The notes under the pieces: model-generated
Database searches by the model: none
Told to the model about the DNA's origin: nothing
Seen by the model: the letters and a program-made list of their open reading frames with translations, nothing else
Origin: Parcubacteria group bacterium Gr01-1014_3
GTDB taxonomy: Bacteria; Patescibacteriota; Minisyncoccia; UBA6257; WO2-44-18
NCBI GenBank assembly: GCA_007376445.1
Contig: VMGF01000001.1
Span: 188,203-252,202 of the forward strand
Length of the DNA: 64,000 nucleotides
Direction of reading: 5' to 3'
Part shown: positions 1-8,916 of the stretch, piece after piece
Layout of the letters: every line of letters starts with the position of its first letter
Numbering within the stretch: the stretch's first letter is position 1
Program-made: the position numbers and the translations under genes

Positions 1-462
1 GATGAATCGCAAGAAATGGCTCGCCACCCACATAACCGATACCCAAGCAATTGCCGCGCCGACGTGTATCTTTAAGAACTTTTTAAAATCCATTTTTTGC
101 CAACCAGCCATCAGTGGCACGAAGCGGTTTACGTAATATAAAAACTTAGAGAAAAAAGCCATCTTCCAATAATTAGAAATGAGATTTTTATTTATCCAGG
201 GTTCATAGCCCTTAGTTTTTTTAGAGAGCCAGATACCCAGCCTTGTGTCTTTCGAAAAACGACCCATATAATACCAGGTAATATCGCCTAGGATCACACC
301 AATTAAGGAAATAATCACGATACGCGTGAGGCTCAGCTCGCCCTGAATCGCGAAAATACTGGCGGTCACGAAAAAAATCTCACCCTCGATGAACATCCCG
401 ACAAATAAAATTAAATAAGCGATCGCCGGATTAGACACAACGAATTGTTCTAGAAAACCCAT
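1..462 (-). CDS. DedA/SNARE-associated family membrane protein (partial, runs off window start)
   Basis: Reverse-strand ORF starting at ATG (complement 460-462); translation MGFLEQFVVSNPAIAYLILFVGMFIEGEIFFVTASIFAIQGELS... matches the DedA-family pattern; not in the ORF track because it is truncated by the window edge. Confidence 0.55.
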   Translation of the reverse strand, partial: MGFLEQFVVSNPAIAYLILFVGMFIEGEIFFVTASIFAIQGELSLTRIVIISLIGVILGDITWYYMGRFSKDTRLGIWLSKKTKGYEPWINKNLISNYWKMAFFSKFLYYVNRFVPLMAGWQKMDFKKFLKIHVGAAIAWVSVMWVASHFLRFI

Positions 463-545
463 AGATACTATTATAACTTTTTTAAAGCAAAAAAACTGCC
501 TAGATTGAAAAATTAGTTTTCTCGTGATATAATATCGAGGTTGAT

Positions 546-620
546 GGTGCCCATAGTGTAGCGGCAACACTAGAGTTTGTGGAACTCTCATCACGGGTTC
601 GAATCCCGTTGGGCACCCCA
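546..620 (+). tRNA. tRNA-His (anticodon GTG) with extra G-1 and encoded CCA
   Basis: Cloverleaf: G-1, acceptor GTGCCCA/TGGGCAC, D-stem GTGT/ACAC, anticodon stem AGAGT/ACTCT, loop TTGTGGA, T-arm ACGGG-TTCGAAT-CCCGT, discriminator C then CCA. Confidence 0.85.
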
Positions 621-694
621 TACCTTACAGAAATAAGTTTTTCCGTTGCGTGGTAGATTGACTTTTTTAAAAAATTAGCCTAAATTACCCTGTA

Positions 695-1273
695 ATGCCT
701 TTTATTAACATGGTTGTTTCTGCTTTAACAAAAATAATTTCCTTCTTTGATCAACATCAATGGCTGATCGCTCTTTTAGCGGGCCTCGTAGCGGTTTTTA
801 TCTATTACAAAGGGAGGAGTGATAACAAAAAAGACGCGGCGAAGCTCATTCTTCAAGAAATACGCTACGCCGATCAAAAAGTGAGGAATTATAGAACATA
901 TGACAGCTATAATTTTACCGAAAAGATATTGCCGACCAATAGCTGGCATAGAAATATCAATTTGTTTATCAGAGAATTGACGGAGTCGGAGCTTGATCTG
1001 ATCAGTAAGTTTTTCTCAAGCGCCACATATCTAGATGAGATAATTAAATCCATCGCTGAATCAAAAAATAGTCGATTTATCCAGGTTGAGGCTCCTGCTG
1101 TTGTGGGTGATACGCCGGTGGCGGTAGCTATGGGTACAGGTGGCCTGTCAGCGAATGACCCGTCCAAAAAATTAATTGAGGCCATTTCTAGAGATATTGA
1201 ATCCATATACAATACGCCCGCGGCTGATAAGTTAAGGAAAATTTCAGACAAAAAATTCCTCCTGTTTTTCTAG
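695..1273 (+). CDS. hypothetical N-terminally membrane-anchored protein, cargo of the tRNA-His-flanked islet
   Basis: 192-aa ORF with one N-terminal TM helix; no recognisable domain. Confidence 0.45.
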   Translation: MPFINMVVSALTKIISFFDQHQWLIALLAGLVAVFIYYKGRSDNKKDAAKLILQEIRYADQKVRNYRTYDSYNFTEKILPTNSWHRNINLFIRELTESELDLISKFFSSATYLDEIIKSIAESKNSRFIQVEAPAVVGDTPVAVAMGTGGLSANDPSKKLIEAISRDIESIYNTPAADKLRKISDKKFLLFF

Positions 1274-1312
1274 TGCTCTCGTGATACAATATTTATATAA
1301 AATTCATTTAAT

Positions 1313-1615
1313 ATGGCTGTCAGAATAACACATATCGCGCCTAAAATCGTACCTGTTCCCACATATAAGGTTCAGGCCCATTTGACTATCGAAAACTTCA
1401 AGTGGATAAATGAACAGAGCCTTGAAAGCGGCTTATCTTCACGGACCACGATGTTTGATTGGATTGTAAACAAGAAAGGCCAGGCCTATATTAAGGTCGG
1501 CGACACCATCATCTCTGTATTCGGCGCTGTTTCGCCAACTGGGCAGCAATATATTCGGTGCATAAAAGGCAATCAGTGGTCAGACGAACTTCTCGACCTA
1601 CCATTGGTAAACTAG
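1313..1615 (+). CDS. hypothetical protein (islet cargo)
   Basis: 100-aa ORF; its stop codon lies at the first bases of the tRNA-His 3'-half duplicate. Confidence 0.35.
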   Translation: MAVRITHIAPKIVPVPTYKVQAHLTIENFKWINEQSLESGLSSRTTMFDWIVNKKGQAYIKVGDTIISVFGAVSPTGQQYIRCIKGNQWSDELLDLPLVN

Positions 1616-1661
1616 AGTTTGTGGAACTCTCATCACGGTTTCGAATCCCGTTGGGCACCCC
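1611..1661 (+). repeat. direct duplicate of the 3' 50 nt of tRNA-His (att-like), 49/50 identical
   Basis: actagagtttgtggaactctcatcacggtttcgaatcccgttgggcacccc matches tRNA-His from the D-stem 3' side to the discriminator, with one G>T change in the T-stem. Confidence 0.8.
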
Positions 1662-1665
1662 GGAA

Positions 1666-1697
1666 TAAAAAAACCACCCATTAATGGGTGGTTTTGG
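1666..1697. terminator. rho-independent terminator hairpin (ccacccattaatgggtgg) with flanking A/T runs, bidirectional
   Basis: Perfect 7-bp stem with 4-nt loop followed by TTTTGGTTTT. Confidence 0.6.
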
Positions 1698-1699
1698 TT

Positions 1700-3064
1700 T
1701 TAGTATTCTTTCCGCTCGGGGAGTTTCAGCGGTAGTTCGAAGCTGCCGAAAGCCTTATCGGCAAAAGCTTCCAATTCTTTGGCTAATCGATAACGTGGCC
1801 AAATCACCACTCTCCTGTCGTCATTGCGATAATCGTAGTCGGCCCTCGAGGCATAGATCACTACAAATTGTTCTTCGCAGAACTTTTGAAGAACAGCGTA
1901 ACCAGTCAGCTTCTTAGCCAGATCTCTGTCTAAGACCGGTTCATCGCCCTGCTTCAATGAATAATAGCCTACTGGCTTCCGATCAAGGTCAACATAAAAA
2001 CTGGTATCTCCAGTGTTGTAAGTTTCATCAGTCCGGCTCCAGCGACGCTCCCTATGATGGTCAGAAGCGCGAGGAATAAACAAACCGAGATTGCCAGAAT
2101 AGCTCGGAACCCGAATTACCCAGCCACCGATCTCCATGAGATGAACTCTGCCAAGCTCTATCCGAATCTTATCAGGAGATGTGTTTTTTATGATTTTCTC
2201 GTCTGAACTCCAGGAACCCCCGCAGTGAAATTTGATCTGTGCGGCTGCCTCTTGATCACACAAGATCCGCATTCCTCTTTCGTTATAACCCGTCCCGACA
2301 ACAGCGTAATCGCTGGCTTGAGGAAAAAAGTAAATCATCTTGTAATAACGAAGGCTTGGAATCTGTCCGGTGCGCCAATCGTGAATGGTATATGCCCGGC
2401 AGAAAGCGTCTTGATATTTCTTCATGAACGCAGCGTTGCTTGGATTTTTTTCCAGGCGGGCCGGTGATTCGACCTTGGTATTGCTATCCTTGCCGATCGG
2501 ATAAATGAAGTAGCCACTCTCCGTAACGACTCCATAATCATCATGATTCTCTCGCCTCTCAAAGATCAGCCAGCAATTTTCCGGCGGATACTTCTTGATC
2601 AGCTCGCGTTGTTCGTCGGTAGAACAAATGCTTTCTGGCGATATGTTCTGAGTCGCGATATTCTCAGCCTCTTTAGAATCAGTTTTTGATTCAAAAACTG
2701 GCATGAGCGTTAAGATGATAAAGATTGTTAACGAGCTGACCAGGATGGAGAATATAAAGATGTACCATGCTATTAGTAACTTTGAGATCTCTTTTTCTTC
2801 TGCCGGCGGCTTAATACGCTTTGCTACGGCATTATTCTCTTCAACCTTCATACTCACCAGCTCATCAGCTATCTTATGTGCCTGCTTAATATCGTGCCGA
2901 TCAATTGCCTCCTGCAATCTCGATCGCATCGGTTCGTACCTTGGGTCGTCAAAATCCAACATGAAGTTACACAAAGAATTGGCAGCACGCTTAGCCCTAT
3001 GGAAATCTCCCTGATCAATCGCGTTATGAAAAGATTTCAATAGATCGCCATCGTGTTCGTCCAT
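1700..3064 (-). CDS. hypothetical membrane protein: ~80 aa cytoplasmic helical N-terminus, one TM helix, ~330-aa external domain
   Basis: 454-aa ORF with a hydrophobic segment LLIAWYIFIFSILVSSLTIFIILTLMPVF; no domain recognised. Confidence 0.55.
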   Translation of the reverse strand: MDEHDGDLLKSFHNAIDQGDFHRAKRAANSLCNFMLDFDDPRYEPMRSRLQEAIDRHDIKQAHKIADELVSMKVEENNAVAKRIKPPAEEKEISKLLIAWYIFIFSILVSSLTIFIILTLMPVFESKTDSKEAENIATQNISPESICSTDEQRELIKKYPPENCWLIFERRENHDDYGVVTESGYFIYPIGKDSNTKVESPARLEKNPSNAAFMKKYQDAFCRAYTIHDWRTGQIPSLRYYKMIYFFPQASDYAVVGTGYNERGMRILCDQEAAAQIKFHCGGSWSSDEKIIKNTSPDKIRIELGRVHLMEIGGWVIRVPSYSGNLGLFIPRASDHHRERRWSRTDETYNTGDTSFYVDLDRKPVGYYSLKQGDEPVLDRDLAKKLTGYAVLQKFCEEQFVVIYASRADYDYRNDDRRVVIWPRYRLAKELEAFADKAFGSFELPLKLPERKEY

Positions 3065-3119
3065 CGGAGCACCTCCAAATAGGTTTCAAGAAACTGGGTA
3101 TATATTATCAAAAAAATGG

Positions 3120-3250
3120 CAAAAGTCAAACAATAAAAATCCCCCGCAGATGGCTTGGGTTGTGATTGCCATACTGCGGGGGCTGCCCCGGGCCAGAATC
3201 CACTTATTGTGTGGCCATGGCCCGGGGCGGGGGTGGGGAGGGAGAGCTTG
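3120..3250. terminator. two consecutive GC-rich hairpins downstream of the 3251..3700 gene
   Basis: tcccccgcagatgg...ccatactgcggggg and gccccgggcc...ggcccggggc inverted repeats. Confidence 0.45.
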
Positions 3251-3700
3251 TTAGGCCGCCGAGGACTCGAACTTGCGCTCGAGGTCCAGCAGGGTCGCCG
3301 TCACCTCGTCCTGCTCGCTCGAAACCTCGAGCTTGCGGGAGATCGGCGTCGGCTTCGGCTCCTTCATCGGAGGAACATCCAGCGGCGTTCCGTTCAGGAG
3401 ATACACGAGGTATGCCTTCCGACGGATTCGCTTGCCGTTGAACAGACGGATGATCGCTCGACGGCCCTTCTTTCGCTCAAGTCTCCCGAGGGAGAACTCC
3501 TTGTGATTGCCCGGAATGTCGAACCAGAGCACCAGGCGCCCATCGAACTTTCTCTCCGTCGCCGTGTTCGTTGGGGTTTCCTGATCGTCCTGCTCTTCCT
3601 GCTTGTGCCTGCGCGCCGAGACCATCTTGATCAGGGACACGATCCCCAGGATCGCGAAAATGATCGCCAGGGAAACCAGAACCACCGCTTCGATCTTCAT
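3251..3700 (-). CDS. hypothetical membrane-anchored protein within a GC-rich islet
   Basis: Start MKIEAVVLVSLAIIFAILGIVSLI preceded by GGAGG 7 nt upstream; local GC far above the window average; the overlapping plus-strand ORFs are judged artefacts of GC-rich sequence. Confidence 0.5.
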   Translation of the reverse strand: MKIEAVVLVSLAIIFAILGIVSLIKMVSARRHKQEEQDDQETPTNTATERKFDGRLVLWFDIPGNHKEFSLGRLERKKGRRAIIRLFNGKRIRRKAYLVYLLNGTPLDVPPMKEPKPTPISRKLEVSSEQDEVTATLLDLERKFESSAA

Positions 3701-3776
3701 TGTTTTGCCTCCAAAAGGGGGTTTTGAATCTCTATCTCCACTCCTCATTACGAGGAACTGGTTGAATTATAGCACA

Positions 3777-4460
3777 CTATTCCAGGCTTGTCAAGACCCG
3801 CCATTTTACGCTATTTGTGTGGGTAATGACCTCTCTTAAATCCTCTGGTATGCCCAACACGACCCATTCCGAAAGTCGAGGGACAATGCGCCGAATACCC
3901 CTAAACCGCCTGACGTCTTCAGTAAATCTTGATAGAGGCGCAAGGCACAATCCCTCACTGGGAGTCATGTGAATAACGCTCAAGCCATTACTCTCCACCA
4001 CAATACCCACATGACCAATACCGGCCCCAGGGTCGTTTTCGAACCTATCTTTCTTTCCAGATTTGAAAATCAAATCTCCAAACTGTGCTTCGGAAACCGA
4101 CACTTCTTTGCTTATCTCAGATTGTTCGATAGATAGCCTAGGGATTTCCACACCAATTCCTCGATAGAAATACTGCACCATACTAGAGCAGTCCATACAT
4201 AATGGAGCCTCACTTGGTTTTGCGCCACGCCGATATTGATATTGACCAGAAAGAAGTAGGGCCGCTTGTAAATTCATGGCTAAAAGTATGTTGGCTTGTA
4301 CTGGATTAAACGGAACGGGTAGAATACTTCTCCCGGGTCTTATGGCCTTGAAGCCTAACTTTTCCAGAGAACCCATGACCTCTTCAACCGGCTTATCTAT
4401 AGATTTATAGTTGAAAAGCACCAAGTCTTTGGTCGCGTGAAAGTTGATCTTGAGATCCAA
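3777..4460 (-). CDS. NlpC/P60 (C40) family cell-wall peptidase
   Basis: Catalytic Cys context CMDCSSMVQYFY and His context GHVGIVVE...VIHMTP typical of the NlpC/P60 fold. Confidence 0.6.
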   Translation of the reverse strand: MDLKINFHATKDLVLFNYKSIDKPVEEVMGSLEKLGFKAIRPGRSILPVPFNPVQANILLAMNLQAALLLSGQYQYRRGAKPSEAPLCMDCSSMVQYFYRGIGVEIPRLSIEQSEISKEVSVSEAQFGDLIFKSGKKDRFENDPGAGIGHVGIVVESNGLSVIHMTPSEGLCLAPLSRFTEDVRRFRGIRRIVPRLSEWVVLGIPEDLREVITHTNSVKWRVLTSLE

Positions 4461-4549
4461 GATTCCCTCCTTATTGTTAATAAACTAGCTCGATTTTACC
4501 ATATTTTTTGCCTTAGGTCAAATGACCGGCTTCATATATAATAGGCATT

Positions 4550-5428
4550 ATGAACCAGCTTAAAACCACTTTACTACTCGGCGGACTGACCGGCCTCCTC
4601 CTCGGCGCCGGATATTATCTCGGCGGGCAAAATGGCCTGACGATGGCTTTGGTTTTGTCTGTTGTGATGAACCTCGGCTCATACTGGTTCTCCGATAAGA
4701 TCGTGCTCGCGATCTACGGAGCTAAAGAAATCCCGCCATCCGACAATCCCCGCTTGCATCAGATGATTGAAAAACTGGCCGCCGAAGCCCAGATGCCAAA
4801 ACCAAGAATTTATCTCGCCAATTTGCCAGTACCAAATGCCTTTGCCACCGGACGGAATAAAAATCACGCCGTGGTTGCCGTCACCCCGGCCATTCTCCAG
4901 CTTTTGGATGAAAAAGAACTGGAAGGCGTACTGGCTCATGAGATTTCGCATATTCAGAACCGGGATATTCTAATATCCAGCATCGCCGCCACGCTGGCTG
5001 GCGCGATTTCTTATCTCGCGCAGATGGCTTATTGGGCCGGTATGTTCGCTGGTGGCCGGAGCGATGATGACCGCCGCGGTAGCCCGATCGGAATGCTGGC
5101 GCTTCTCATTTTAACTCCATTAATCGCTACCCTGCTCCACCTGGCCGTCAGCCGATCCCGCGAATATCAGGCCGACGCGACTGGCGCGAAAATTTCTAAG
5201 AATCCGGAAGGCCTCGCGAGCGCGCTCATCAAACTTCACCAGTCTTCCAAGATGCGTCCGCTCCTCGGCCAACCCCGCCACGCAGCGAGTTTACCCGCCG
5301 AGGTGGGCGCGCATTTGTTTATCGTTAATCCGTTCAAAGCTTCTTTGGTGATGTCGTTATTGTCTACCCACCCACCCGTTGAAGAAAGAGTTAAGCGATT
5401 GCGTGAAATAAAATCACCCACGTACTAA
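4550..5428 (+). CDS. htpX: HtpX-type M48 zinc metalloprotease
   Basis: HEISHIQNRD (HExxH) motif, N-terminal TM helices, C-terminal EYQAD. Confidence 0.85.
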   Translation: MNQLKTTLLLGGLTGLLLGAGYYLGGQNGLTMALVLSVVMNLGSYWFSDKIVLAIYGAKEIPPSDNPRLHQMIEKLAAEAQMPKPRIYLANLPVPNAFATGRNKNHAVVAVTPAILQLLDEKELEGVLAHEISHIQNRDILISSIAATLAGAISYLAQMAYWAGMFAGGRSDDDRRGSPIGMLALLILTPLIATLLHLAVSRSREYQADATGAKISKNPEGLASALIKLHQSSKMRPLLGQPRHAASLPAEVGAHLFIVNPFKASLVMSLLSTHPPVEERVKRLREIKSPTY

Positions 5429-5663
5429 TTTTGCTTTTTCAATATTCAAATATTTTTTAATCTTAAGTCTCTTCTAAATTAAAACAGCGATACGCTAGAG
5501 ATCACGGCTATTCGCCGCCCGCGTATCGCTGTTTATATATCGGCAAAATTAGTACGGGGTTTAATTCCGGTGGCTTAATTTTCTGCGCTTATCAGCTTGA
5601 AAATTCAGACCGGAATTAAAAAAGCCCCGGGAAGAAAATATATCTCCAGGGGTTCAATGTCCA

Positions 5664-5912
5664 CTAACTTCTTGGCTCACACAGATTATAAGCATGGAAC
5701 AGCTTAATTGATCCCGTGAAAAGCCACAGTCCAATCCCCGCCGGAGTGAACCACCAGCTATTTCCGGTAACGGCCTGGGCGATGTAGGCAATCACCACGC
5801 CAAAACAGGCCATGCCGCAAAAAAGATTAAATGACCTAGATCTTCGAAGGGAAGGCTGAAGTCCAGCGGATATTAACACTGCGACGATCACCGATAACAA
5901 CGCCATGATCAT
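5664..5912 (-). CDS. small hypothetical membrane protein
   Basis: 82-aa ORF with two hydrophobic helices. Confidence 0.35.
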   Translation of the reverse strand: MIMALLSVIVAVLISAGLQPSLRRSRSFNLFCGMACFGVVIAYIAQAVTGNSWWFTPAGIGLWLFTGSIKLFHAYNLCEPRS

Positions 5913-6022
5913 TCCGACCTCCTTTCAAGATACGGCCATGTACTGGGATGGATGATACCATACCACTTTGATACAGTCAATTGTAAATTTTCTAGTAAAC
6001 TTGTATAATAATCAGGTTCAGC

Positions 6023-6093
6023 GCCCTCGTCGTTCAATGGAAGGACGCAAGATTGCGGATCTTGCAATTGAGGTTCAATTCCTCACGAGGGCA
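6023..6093 (+). tRNA. tRNA-Arg (anticodon GCG as read)
   Basis: Acceptor GCCCTCG/CGAGGGC, anticodon stem CAAGA/TCTTG, loop TTGCGGA, T-arm TGAGG-TTCAATT-CCTCA, discriminator A; extended -10 TTGTATAAT upstream. Confidence 0.7.
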
Positions 6094-6178
6094 CACTTCG
6101 ACAAGCTCAGTGCGAGCACTTCGGAAATCATTACAGAAAACTTGTAGTGAGCAAGGCCGAACTACTCAGTGCGAGCAA
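6094..6178 (+). repeat. tRNA 3'-trailer repeat: 24-nt linker (cacttcgacaagctcagtgcgagc) plus one 59-nt unit
   Basis: Reverse-complement match to the unit of the 3x59-bp tandem array at 10041-10239; same position relative to the tRNA as at the tRNA-Ser locus. Confidence 0.75.
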
Positions 6179-6179
6179 T

Positions 6180-6647
6180 CTAGAATTTCATCAACTTTCC
6201 TAAATGCTCCACTAAAGACTCTTCGTAATCCAGCTCCGGAAGGTGCTGATGGATAAAATCTTTGATCCTCTCAAAATCAGAGGTACTGCATAACATTTTA
6301 ATATGCGGAGAAAACTGTCCCTTTTTGGTCAAAACTAACTCGCTACTTATTTCGTCCAATCGGCGCATAGAGAATCCGCTCAAGTCAGCGTACTGATAGA
6401 ATTTGTGATCATGGATCGCCACGCCCTCTTTGGTCAATCTAAATTCCACGAACTCCGGCTCGCGGGTACCCCAGACGATGATCATGATCTCGGCTAGTAC
6501 CGCGAAGACGGCAAAAAGAAAATTCCCTTGCCAAAGCGCGATACCGATGATCACAATAGCCAAAATAATGCTCAACCAATGCCAATCCGCGCCCTTGCTG
6601 AAATGCTCATACTCCGGCGCTGTCCATTTGATCTCCTTTTCACTCAT
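6180..6647 (-). CDS. bacterial PH-domain (YdbS/bPH_2-like) membrane protein
   Basis: 155 aa, two TM helices then a PH-like beta domain. Confidence 0.5.
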   Translation of the reverse strand: MSEKEIKWTAPEYEHFSKGADWHWLSIILAIVIIGIALWQGNFLFAVFAVLAEIMIIVWGTREPEFVEFRLTKEGVAIHDHKFYQYADLSGFSMRRLDEISSELVLTKKGQFSPHIKMLCSTSDFERIKDFIHQHLPELDYEESLVEHLGKLMKF

Positions 6648-6764
6648 TGTTTCATTATACTAAATCTCTACAAAAATCTCTGTAAGATAATTTTAAATTA
6701 TAATTTTTAAATTTAAAATTAAATTAAAATTTCAAAATTTGAAATTGAAAATTATTGATTTAGA

Positions 6765-7715
6765 TCATGACTTACTCAACACAGAATCAACTATATTGCC
6801 CAACAATTCTGAAAAATTGATTCCCGCGGCCTTAGCTTGTTGTGGGAGCAAGCTCGTCGCCGTCATGCCGGGAATGGTGTTGATTTCCAGGACATAATAA
6901 TTTTTATCTTTATCCTGGATCACATCGGTGCGGGAAAAATGCCGGGCGCCGATAGCGCGGTGGGCTTTGATGGCGATCTCCTGGATCTTCTCGATCTCCA
7001 CGCTCGGGATCTCCGGCGGCGTGATCTCTCGGGTGACTCCGGGTGTGTATTTCGCTTCGTAATCAAAAAAATCTGAGTGATAAGTGATGATTTCGGTTGG
7101 AGGAAGCGCCTGAATCTCGCCGTTGATCTCCGCCACACCGCAGGTAAACTCCCGGCCCTTAACATATTCCTGCAACATTATTTTTTTAGAAAACTTGGCG
7201 GCTTTCTGAAGAGCTGGAAGTAAATCCTGAACTTTTTTAACGATACTTATGCCCACGCTCGATCCCCGGTCGGCTGGTTTGACCACCATCGGGAAAATAA
7301 ACCGGATCTGCTCTAGGCTGATCTTTTTCGGATCTTTAATGGTCATTAATGTGAATTTCGGCGTCCGCAAACCGGCCTTTTCAAAAAACTTAGCTGATTC
7401 GGCCTTATCAATACCGATCCCGCTGGCGCGCGAATCCGAACCGGTATAGGGAATCTGTGCTTTTTCCAAAATTTTCTGAATCTGACCATCTTCACCGTAT
7501 TCTCCATGCATCGCTACAAAAGCCACGTCAAAATTCGCCTTCACTTTCGCGAGCGTGACCGGCCACTTCCCTTTTTTGCTGATGACCACGGCCTTGGCGG
7601 AATATTTTTCTTTATCCAAAGACTCCAGTACTTTTTCACCGGTCGCTAAAGAAATGTCGTGCTCCGCCGACGGCCCGCCCATCAGAACTACTACGCGAAT
7701 TCGTTTATTTTCCAT
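6765..7715 (-). CDS. ddl: D-alanine--D-alanine ligase
   Basis: ATP-grasp pattern: MENKRIRVVVLMGGPSAEHDISL, HGEYGEDGQIQ, C-terminal INTIPGMT. Confidence 0.85.
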   Translation of the reverse strand: MENKRIRVVVLMGGPSAEHDISLATGEKVLESLDKEKYSAKAVVISKKGKWPVTLAKVKANFDVAFVAMHGEYGEDGQIQKILEKAQIPYTGSDSRASGIGIDKAESAKFFEKAGLRTPKFTLMTIKDPKKISLEQIRFIFPMVVKPADRGSSVGISIVKKVQDLLPALQKAAKFSKKIMLQEYVKGREFTCGVAEINGEIQALPPTEIITYHSDFFDYEAKYTPGVTREITPPEIPSVEIEKIQEIAIKAHRAIGARHFSRTDVIQDKDKNYYVLEINTIPGMTATSLLPQQAKAAGINFSELLGNIVDSVLSKS

Positions 7716-8859
7716 TCTTGTTTTCGGAAATGCGTTTTACTAATTTCGGCCAGCGAGCCAGCGGTTCAATAATTAAAAGTCCGATGACTTTATCTTTGGT
7801 GTAACCAGCCCGCTCTAACGCCATTACCGCCTCGATGCCGTCTTTAATCATTTCGTGATACTCCTCCACTAGAATTTTCTGGACGGATTCTCCTACGACT
7901 GGCGCGTAGCGTTTATAGATCTTAGGGTCTGGATTCGCGTATCCCTCGCGAAGCGATTTGAGGTAATCATAAAGCGGATTTTCTGTTAATGAATGATAGA
8001 TTTTTTCCTTGGCCGTTCCCCCTTTAAAATAAGCGAGAATTTCGTCTTTAGCGTGACGATCCGCCGCATCTTCACGTAAACTCCGAAGATTTTCGGAGAA
8101 CCTTTCTCTGAACTGCTTTTCATTCATCTTGCTTCCCTTTTTATTCAGCTCATGAACTTTTTCTTCGTCAAACAATCTTTTAATAACATGCTGTTCCTCA
8201 TGCTCGAATATGTCGCTTTTCGGATCTTCTCCGTATTTTACACCAACGCGCGATGAGTTTTCCGCCGAAATTAAACCCTTAACGCTCGGTAAATTGGATC
8301 CGTGAATAGCCATGCCATAGGCCATAGCGGCTACTTGTTTTTCGTCGTCTGACAGATCTTCTTTGCCGGTAAATTCTTCAGTGCTCAAATACGCGTAATC
8401 CTCCGGATCGAAGCACTGCACATAGATCATTGCGGGCGTAGTCCGGATTTTTATCTCGCCCTTGGGTTTTCGTCCAAATAATGCCACAAACATATCCTCG
8501 TCCTTTTTAAAGGTCGCGCTCACCCGCTCAATGGCTTTGTGTTTTTCTAAAAACCGGCCGATCACTTCGCGGCTGACGGTTTTTTGATAATCATCGAGAT
8601 CGTATTCTTTCGCGTACTGCTCAAGCGCCGTTTCTAAAATAATTCCAAGATCCTTAAGCGGCATCTTGCTCTCGCGGTGGATTATCTCCGTAAACTTCTC
8701 CTGCATATTAGCGAGGCCTAGCTTCTGCTCGACGATTTTTTCCTTGAATTCTTGGATACGCGAACGCCGCTCTTCTTTCGGAAGTTTTTTGATTACCTCA
8801 AGCTCCGCCTTAAGGTGCGAATTTGATTTGTTCCCCTCCGGTTGTTCGAATTTCGTCAT
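7705..8859 (-). CDS. hypothetical protein, 384 aa, charged and helical
   Basis: Long ORF with uniform coding bias; no domain recognised. Confidence 0.5.
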   Translation of the reverse strand: MTKFEQPEGNKSNSHLKAELEVIKKLPKEERRSRIQEFKEKIVEQKLGLANMQEKFTEIIHRESKMPLKDLGIILETALEQYAKEYDLDDYQKTVSREVIGRFLEKHKAIERVSATFKKDEDMFVALFGRKPKGEIKIRTTPAMIYVQCFDPEDYAYLSTEEFTGKEDLSDDEKQVAAMAYGMAIHGSNLPSVKGLISAENSSRVGVKYGEDPKSDIFEHEEQHVIKRLFDEEKVHELNKKGSKMNEKQFRERFSENLRSLREDAADRHAKDEILAYFKGGTAKEKIYHSLTENPLYDYLKSLREGYANPDPKIYKRYAPVVGESVQKILVEEYHEMIKDGIEAVMALERAGYTKDKVIGLLIIEPLARWPKLVKRISENKNGK

Positions 8860-8887
8860 AGCTTAAATTACCTATAATTTAACAAAT

Positions 8888-8916
8888 AAAAAGCCGTCAG
8901 CCCAGGGCTGACGGTT
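8888..8916. terminator. hairpin ccgtcagccc-aggg-ctgacgg downstream of the cupin gene
   Basis: 9-bp stem with a T-rich flank. Confidence 0.45.

Noticed and set aside
3155-3748. Overlapping plus-strand ORFs (190, 91, 77, 78 aa) across the GC-rich islet
   Set aside because: High-GC sequence generates long ORFs in every frame. The minus-strand ORF has a proper RBS and a TM/signal-like N-terminus, whereas the others are Arg/Pro/Gly-rich nonsense.
6053-6256. ORFs 6053..6256 (+) and 10068..10298 (-) containing SVRALRKSLQKTCSEQGRTTQC
   Set aside because: They are translations of the tRNA-linked 59-bp repeat and linker on both loci, so they are repeat-derived rather than protein-coding.
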